Source: an uncultured delta proteobacterium
Lineage (GTDB): Bacteria > Desulfobacterota > Desulfobaccia > Desulfobaccales > 0-14-0-80-60-11
Length of the DNA: 64,000 bases
Direction: 5' to 3'
Assembly (NCBI GenBank): GCA_963812015.1
Contig: CAWETI010000003.1
Location: forward strand, 1,536,001 to 1,600,000
Shown: in pieces, positions 58,381 to 64,000 of the stretch
Numbering within the stretch: position 1 is the stretch's first letter
Layout: each line of letters starts with the position of its first letter
Made by a program: the position numbers and the translations under genes
Notes under the pieces: generated by a model
Told to the model about the DNA's origin: nothing
The model's input: only the letters and a program-made list of their open reading frames with translations
The model's database searches: none

Positions 58381-59412
58381 TTAACCCTTGATAAGTAAGA
58401 TAACCGCCCCGGTGACCAGGATGTTCACCAGGCTCAGCGGCAAAAGGATCTTCCAGCCCAAGGCCATGAGCTGATCAAACCGGAAACGGGGGAAGGTGCC
58501 TCTCACCCAGATGAAGAAGAAGACCAGTGCGAAGGTCTTGCCCATGAACCAGACCACGGGGGGCAGCACCGGCCCCTGCCAGCCGCCCAGGAACAGGGTG
58601 GTGGCCAGCGCCGAAGCCACGATGATGTGGGTGTATTCCCCCATCATGAACAGGGCAAACTTCATGGAGCTGTATTCCGTCTGGTACCCGGCCACCAGCT
58701 CGTTTTCGCACTCGATGAGGTCAAAGGGCGTCCGGCCGCATTCGGCCATGGCCGCAGTCATAAATATCAGGAAGCCCAGGGGCTGGTAAACGATGAAAGG
58801 CAAACACTTTTGGGCTTCCACGATCTTCACGGTGCTCAGGGACCCGGCCAGCATGATCACCCCGATGACGGAGAGCCCCAGGGCCAACTCGTAGCTGACC
58901 ATCTGGGCGCACAGGCGCAGACCGCCCAACAAGGAATACTTGTTGTTCGAGGCCCAGCCGCCCAGGATCGCCCCGTACACCCCCAGCGAACCCACCGCGA
59001 AGATGTAAAGCAGGCCGATGTTGGTGTCCGCGACCACCCCCTGGTTCAGGGCGGCCACGGTCAGGTCGACCTTGTAGCCGTAAAGGGTGAACTCCGGGGG
59101 CAGGATATTGCCGGCGAAGGGGATGACCGCAAAGGGCAGGAACGCCGCTCCGGCGGTGATGGCCGGCGCCATGAGGAACAGGATCTTGTTGGCTCCCGGC
59201 GGCGTAAAGTCCTCCTTAAACAGCAGTTTGAGGAGGTCGGCCACGGGCTGGAGCAGCCCCCATGGCCCTACCCGGTTGGGGCCGTAACGCAGCTGGATGA
59301 AACCCAGGACCTTACGTTCCATGAGCACCGTATAGGCTACGCATGTGAGCAGGACCCCCATCACCACGGCGATCTTTAGGACGCTGATAAGTATTAAGAG
59401 GGGCAGATTCAT
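58381..59412 (-). CDS. nuoH: Complex I subunit H
   Basis: ERK..Q.RYGPNRVGPWGLLQ, RTPFDL, ELVAGY, PRFRFDQLM. Confidence 0.96.
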   Translation of the reverse strand: MNLPLLILISVLKIAVVMGVLLTCVAYTVLMERKVLGFIQLRYGPNRVGPWGLLQPVADLLKLLFKEDFTPPGANKILFLMAPAITAGAAFLPFAVIPFAGNILPPEFTLYGYKVDLTVAALNQGVVADTNIGLLYIFAVGSLGVYGAILGGWASNNKYSLLGGLRLCAQMVSYELALGLSVIGVIMLAGSLSTVKIVEAQKCLPFIVYQPLGFLIFMTAAMAECGRTPFDLIECENELVAGYQTEYSSMKFALFMMGEYTHIIVASALATTLFLGGWQGPVLPPVVWFMGKTFALVFFFIWVRGTFPRFRFDQLMALGWKILLPLSLVNILVTGAVILLIKG

Positions 59413-59416
59413 GTTC

Positions 59417-62020
59417 TCAACCCTTTTGGATGGTCACGCGCACCAGGTTGGAGTTAAGGGTTAAATCGTTGGCGGCCGGAGTAGCAAAATGCTCCGGCAG
59501 AAACACCACGCCCGGGGGCACGTTCGAGGACAGCCTCACCGGCACCGTGATCTCCCCGTGGGAGGAAATGACCTTGGCAACCTCCCCCGCCGCCAGTTCC
59601 AGACTCTTGGCGTCTTCGGGGTTGACCGTCAGGGACGCCCCGCCGGTAACGGACATGGTGCCACAGGGGTGATGCGTGGTGTATGACCCCGAGTGCTGCA
59701 GGGACTTGCCAATGATCAGGGTGTAGGGCCGCCGGCCAGGCAGGCTGATGTCTACCTCGAAGGGAACGAACGTGCCGCTCAGATTGGCCTTGCATTGCGG
59801 GCACGGCGCACTCAACGTGGGCGCCAGACCGGCCCACAGGGGCATCTTCCGGGCCAGTTCCCGGAAAATCTCCTTGGCGTTGATGTAGTTCAACGCGAAC
59901 CCCATCTTGGCCCCAATCTGGCTGATAATCTGCCAGTCGGGCCGCACCCCGTTGGTGGGCAAGGCCTGCTTGAGCAACCCCAGTTGGCCGGTGCTGCTGA
60001 TGAAGGTGCCTTCCTGCTCGGCGTGCACCGCCACCGGCAAGACCACGTGCGCCAGCTTGGCGGTTTCGGTGAGGAAGGCATCCTGGACCACGATAAAAGG
60101 AACCTTCTTGAGCAGTTTTTCCACCCGGCCGCGCTGGGGCAGGCTCCGCAGCAGGTCCCCCCCCAACAGATACAGGGCCTTGGGGGCCGCGGGGTCATCC
60201 TTCTCCAGGAGGTCCAGCGCCTCTTCCAGGGTGGGGCCGGGCTCCGAACCTTCCACCGGCATATAGCCGGGGAGCATATCCGGCAGGACCCCAACTTCGC
60301 TGACCCCCCGGGTGTTGTTCTTTTCGGCCACGGGGTACAGGGCGCTGCCGGGGGCCTCGGGTTTGCCCACCAGGAGGAAAAGGTCGGCCAGGGCCAGGGC
60401 GTTCTGTTGGCCTTTGTCCTGGCTCAACAGCTCGGTGCCGAAGATAATGGCCGGGGCCTGGGCCTTCGCCAACAGGGCCGCCACTTCCTTGAGGACGCTG
60501 TCCTCTATCCCGGTTTTGGTGGTGATATCCTTGGGGCTGATCTTGATGCTCTCTTTAAACTCGTCGAACCCGCTCACCTTGATGGCCGGAGTCCATTCGG
60601 GATTGTCGGCCAGGAAGAACTTGATCAATCCGGCGATGAGGACCCGTTCGCTCCCGGGCTTATACCGGAGAGACAGGGTGGCGTAGCGGTCGAACTTGGT
60701 CTTGCGGGGATTGGCCAGCACCAGGCGGAAGTTGGGGTTTTCCCGGGCTTCCATGAGCTTCCAGCCCAGGGGCGGCATCTCCGGGGTAACGTCCGTGCCC
60801 ACCACCAGGACCAGGTCGGCCTTGGGGAGGTCCGCCAGTTTCCCCAGGACAAAGGGGAAGCCGCTGCCCTGGGCCTCTTCTTTGACGGCCAGGGGGGAGT
60901 GGTAGGCCGGCGCCAGGCTGCCGCCGGGTTCCACGCCTTCGAGCTTGAGCCCCCCGAAGACCTCGGCCAGCGCCTTGAGGGCCCGGACATAGTTGTAACG
61001 GCCCGGGTTGTCCAACTGGTTGGTGGCGAGCCCTTCCCGGAAAAATTTCTGGAAGGCGTAATTGGCTTCGTTGGTGGCCCGGGGCGAGCCGACGCCGTAA
61101 ATGGACTTGGCCCCGTCGGTCTCAACCGTCTCCTTGAATTTGGCGGCCACCAGGTCCAGGGCCTCATCCCAGGAGGCGGGCCTAAACGCGCCGTTTTCCC
61201 GAATCAGCGGGGTCTTGAGGCGGTCGTCCGACTCCACCACCGGCCAGCCGAAGCGGCCCCGGCCGCAGAGCAGCACGCTGTCTTCGTTCAACACCCGCAT
61301 GATGCGGCCGTCTTTGGTGTGCACCTGGTAAGTGCAGCCGCCGCCGCAGAAGGGGCAGGCGATTTCGGTCTTGGTCACGTCCCAGGCCCGGGTCCGGTAC
61401 TTGAACTGCTTGTTGATCAGGGCTCCCACCGGACAGATGTCGATGCAGGATCCGCAGAATTCGCAGTCCAGGGGTTGGGCGCCGCTGGCCAGTTCGGTGA
61501 AGTAGCCCCGCAGGGTGAAGTTGATGGCCATGGCCCCCACCCGGTCCCGGCAGATGCGGACGCAGCGGCCGCAGGTGACGCAGCGGTCCGGGTGGCGCTC
61601 CACCAGTTGGGAGACGTAATCCGGATTGGGCGGCAGCTTGACCGCATCCAGATCAACCGTGGGAACCCCCAGAGTATGGGTGAGGTTCTGGAGTTCGCAT
61701 TCCCCGCCCTTGTCACAGATGGGGCACTCCAGGGCGTGGTTGATGAGGACCAGCTTCATCAGTTCCTGACGGAGAGCCACCAGCTTAGGCGAGTTGGTCA
61801 CCACCTCCATGCCCTCATTCACGTACGTGGCGCAGGCCGGTAGGGGCCGCGGCGGCCCGGGCTTGATCTCCACCACGCAGATGCGGCAGGAGCCGATGGG
61901 TTTCAACGCCGGATGGTAGCACAGGAAGGGGATAAAGACCCCATTCTCTTTGGCCACTTCCAGGATGGTCGAGCCCGGTTTCGCCTGAATGGCCCGCCCG
62001 TCGATGGTCAGATTAACCAT
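59417..62020 (-). CDS. nuoG: Complex I subunit G (long, molybdopterin-oxidoreductase fold)
   Basis: 2Fe-2S domain, HxxxCxxC, two ferredoxin-type 4Fe-4S motifs, CPFCGGGC; positioned between nuoD and nuoH. Confidence 0.88.
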   Translation of the reverse strand: MVNLTIDGRAIQAKPGSTILEVAKENGVFIPFLCYHPALKPIGSCRICVVEIKPGPPRPLPACATYVNEGMEVVTNSPKLVALRQELMKLVLINHALECPICDKGGECELQNLTHTLGVPTVDLDAVKLPPNPDYVSQLVERHPDRCVTCGRCVRICRDRVGAMAINFTLRGYFTELASGAQPLDCEFCGSCIDICPVGALINKQFKYRTRAWDVTKTEIACPFCGGGCTYQVHTKDGRIMRVLNEDSVLLCGRGRFGWPVVESDDRLKTPLIRENGAFRPASWDEALDLVAAKFKETVETDGAKSIYGVGSPRATNEANYAFQKFFREGLATNQLDNPGRYNYVRALKALAEVFGGLKLEGVEPGGSLAPAYHSPLAVKEEAQGSGFPFVLGKLADLPKADLVLVVGTDVTPEMPPLGWKLMEARENPNFRLVLANPRKTKFDRYATLSLRYKPGSERVLIAGLIKFFLADNPEWTPAIKVSGFDEFKESIKISPKDITTKTGIEDSVLKEVAALLAKAQAPAIIFGTELLSQDKGQQNALALADLFLLVGKPEAPGSALYPVAEKNNTRGVSEVGVLPDMLPGYMPVEGSEPGPTLEEALDLLEKDDPAAPKALYLLGGDLLRSLPQRGRVEKLLKKVPFIVVQDAFLTETAKLAHVVLPVAVHAEQEGTFISSTGQLGLLKQALPTNGVRPDWQIISQIGAKMGFALNYINAKEIFRELARKMPLWAGLAPTLSAPCPQCKANLSGTFVPFEVDISLPGRRPYTLIIGKSLQHSGSYTTHHPCGTMSVTGGASLTVNPEDAKSLELAAGEVAKVISSHGEITVPVRLSSNVPPGVVFLPEHFATPAANDLTLNSNLVRVTIQKG

Positions 62021-62165
62021 AAGTCTTTCCTATGTTGTTGAGCTGTCAGCGGCCGGCGGTCAGTTTGCATGCCCTGATCCCTGACTGCTGCCTTATCCAT
62101 GCACCGAGGTAAAGTGGGCGCTGCCCACCAGTGCTTATTTAGTGGCGGGCCGGGCCCGCCCGACA

Positions 62166-63368
62166 TTATCGATCAACGTCCGCCAATACGATGTCCATGG
62201 TGCCGATGATGGCGATCATATCCGACAGCAATCTCCCCCGGCACAGCTTGTCCAGGGAGCCCAGCACCACGAAGGACGGGGTCCTGACCTTGACCCGGAA
62301 GGGTTGGGGCCCGCCGTCGCTGACGATATAGAACCCCATTTCGCCCTTGGGGGCCTCGATGGCCTGGTAGACTTCACCCGCCGGCGGGGTAATGCCCTCC
62401 TGGATCAGCTTGAAGTGGTTGATCAAGCTGGCGATGTCACTATAAACCATCTCCTTGGGAGGGAGGCTCACCCGGGGGTCGGCGCACTTGATGTCACCCG
62501 GCTCGGTCTTGGCGATTTTTTCCAGGGCCTGCTTGATGATGTGGTTGCTCTGGAGCATCTCCTGCATCCGCACCAGGTACCGGGAGTAAGTGTCGCCCGC
62601 CTTGGTCCCCAACGGCACCTCAAATTCGAACTCGTCGTAGCTGGAGTACGGATTATCCCGGCGCAGGTCCCAATCCACCCCGGAACCCCGGGCCATGGGA
62701 CCGGACCAGCCCCAGTCCAGGGCGTCGGCGGCGCTTAAGGTGCCCACGTCCATGGTGCGCTGTTTCCAGATGATGTTTTGGGTCAGGAGCGTGTCATAAT
62801 CCTTCCAGTTCTTATCGAAGGATTTGGCGAACTCCCAGGCCGCGGGTATGAAGTCGCCGGGCAGGTCTGCGGCCAGGCCGCCGATGCGGAAATAGAGCGG
62901 GAACATCCGGGCCCCGGAGGCCATTTCGCACAGGTCCATGATCTTTTCCCGCTCCCGGAAGGCGTAAAACAGCGGGGTCATGGCCCCCAGGTCGTGGCCG
63001 TGGGTGCCCAGCCAGAACAGGTGGGAGGCGATCCGGGTCAATTCCACGATCAACACCCGGATATACTGGGCCCGCTTGGGAACTTCGACGCCCAGGAGCT
63101 TTTCCACCGCCAGGCAGAAGCCGAAGTTGTTGACCTCTCCGGCCAGGTAGTCCACCCGGTTCATCAGGGGCAGGCACTTGTGGTAGGTGCGGTACTCGCA
63201 CATCTTCTCGATGCCGCGGTGGAGGTAACCGATGTCCGGGTCGGCGCTGCAGATGAGCTCGCCGTCCAGCTCCACCAGGACCCGAAGGACCCCGTGGGTG
63301 CTGGGGTGGCTCGGGCCCACGTTCAGCATCATGGTTTCGGTGCGTGTCATGGTTCGGGTCTGGTTCAT
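62166..63368 (-). CDS. nuoD: Complex I subunit D
   Basis: GPSHPSTHGVLR, GYLHRG.EK, EAPKGE, C-terminal DVDR. Confidence 0.96.
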   Translation of the reverse strand: MNQTRTMTRTETMMLNVGPSHPSTHGVLRVLVELDGELICSADPDIGYLHRGIEKMCEYRTYHKCLPLMNRVDYLAGEVNNFGFCLAVEKLLGVEVPKRAQYIRVLIVELTRIASHLFWLGTHGHDLGAMTPLFYAFREREKIMDLCEMASGARMFPLYFRIGGLAADLPGDFIPAAWEFAKSFDKNWKDYDTLLTQNIIWKQRTMDVGTLSAADALDWGWSGPMARGSGVDWDLRRDNPYSSYDEFEFEVPLGTKAGDTYSRYLVRMQEMLQSNHIIKQALEKIAKTEPGDIKCADPRVSLPPKEMVYSDIASLINHFKLIQEGITPPAGEVYQAIEAPKGEMGFYIVSDGGPQPFRVKVRTPSFVVLGSLDKLCRGRLLSDMIAIIGTMDIVLADVDR

Positions 63369-63380
63369 GTGACATCCCGT

Positions 63381-63448
63381 CTAGCCGCAGGCTTGAGCCT
63401 GCGTGGGTTATATATTCGTTCGGCGGCGCAGGCTAAAACCTGCGGCAA
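63381..63448. repeat. REP-like doublet (GCCGCAGGCTTGAGCCTGCG ... CGCAGGCTAAAACCTGCGGC)
   Basis: Inverted pair of hairpins between nuoC and nuoD; related hairpins near 6035-6056 and 29534-29572. Confidence 0.6.
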
Positions 63449-63455
63449 GAAAAAC

Positions 63456-63911
63456 TTATTTTCCCCGCAGCGGATAGTCTTTGCGCTGGGGGTGGCCCAC
63501 CCAATCCCCGGGCATCATCAGGCGCCTGAGGTCCGGATGGCCGCTGAACCGGATGCCCATCATGTCGTAGGCTTCCCGCTCGTGCCAGATAGCCGTGGAC
63601 CACACCGAAGCTACCGAATCGATGGCCGGGGCCAGGTCGTCCTCCAGCCGGGCCTTCAGGGTGATGCGCTCGTGGTGCTTGTGGCTGTAAAGGTTGTAGA
63701 CCACGCCGAACCGGGGGCTGGCAGGCAGGTAATCCATGCCGGCGATCATGGAGAGGTACTTAAAACCGGTGTCATGGCCGTCCCGGAGGGCCGTGCAGAT
63801 CTCCACGATTAGCGAAGGCTTCACTTCGATGGTCGTATCGCCCCGAAACTCCACTACCTCCACCACTTCTTCGGGGAATTTTTCTTCGAGCAGGGCCACC
63901 GCTTTGTTCAT
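63456..63911 (-). CDS. nuoC: Complex I subunit C
   Basis: WHEREAYDMMGIRFSGHPDLRR, GHPQRKDYPL. Confidence 0.96.
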   Translation of the reverse strand: MNKAVALLEEKFPEEVVEVVEFRGDTTIEVKPSLIVEICTALRDGHDTGFKYLSMIAGMDYLPASPRFGVVYNLYSHKHHERITLKARLEDDLAPAIDSVASVWSTAIWHEREAYDMMGIRFSGHPDLRRLMMPGDWVGHPQRKDYPLRGK

Positions 63912-64000
63912 GCCGCCACCTCCCGCCGGGCCTGCAGGCTCTCCTTGTACTTCTGGGTCAGGAAGGGGTCTTTCAGGATCAGCTCATGGAGTTTCAAAAT
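63908..64000 (-). CDS. nuoB: Probable complex I subunit B, C-terminal fragment (runs off the window)
   Basis: ILKLHELILKDPFLTQKYKESLQARREVAA*; ATGA overlap with nuoC; position fits nuoB. Confidence 0.7.
   Translation of the reverse strand: MLKLHELILKDPFLTQKYKESLQARREVAA

Noticed and set aside
59693..61843. 716-aa + strand ORF and other long antisense ORFs (e.g. 3250-4533, 33267-34448, 39056-40651, 45752-47149)
   Set aside because: Shadow frames opposite well-supported genes, expected in GC-rich DNA; no recognisable motifs.

Overview
GC-rich bacterial chromosome segment. Gene content (Uxx-star selenoprotein, MesB-type methionine synthase, GEMM riboswitch, deltaproteobacterial-style nuo operon) suggests an anaerobic Desulfobacterota ('Deltaproteobacteria') organism; this is an inference. 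Most of the window is housekeeping or metabolic: a hopanoid-tailoring cluster (hpnJ, hpnK, two further radical SAM genes), Hsp20-lon, acpS, efp, ftsB-like, ilvE, lpxB, fbaB, ribE-ribBA-ribH-nusB, rpsF-rpsR-DUF2232-rplI, dnaB, murA, coaBC, UDG, nfeD/SPFH, hicBA and a nuoB(partial)CDGHIJKLMN operon with no nuoE/nuoF. Several things are absent from, or not explained by, the ORF track. (1) A 74-aa glutaredoxin-like protein with two in-frame UGA codons, each followed by a SECIS-like hairpin (20952-21176). It is translationally coupled to an operon led by an unusual cNMP-binding + rhodanese + MauE/DoxX fusion, and this operon is the best candidate for an undescribed system. (2) A 45-aa RCKP rubredoxin-like protein. 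(3) A c-di-GMP-I riboswitch upstream of a PEP-CTERM-like gene. (4) A c-di-AMP(ydaO)-like but divergent leader upstream of a 3D-domain gene. (5) An AT-rich cluster of DnaA boxes. (6) Many short palindromic repeats/MITEs, one inserted in frame inside lpxB. No rRNA, tRNA, CRISPR array or intact transposase was seen.
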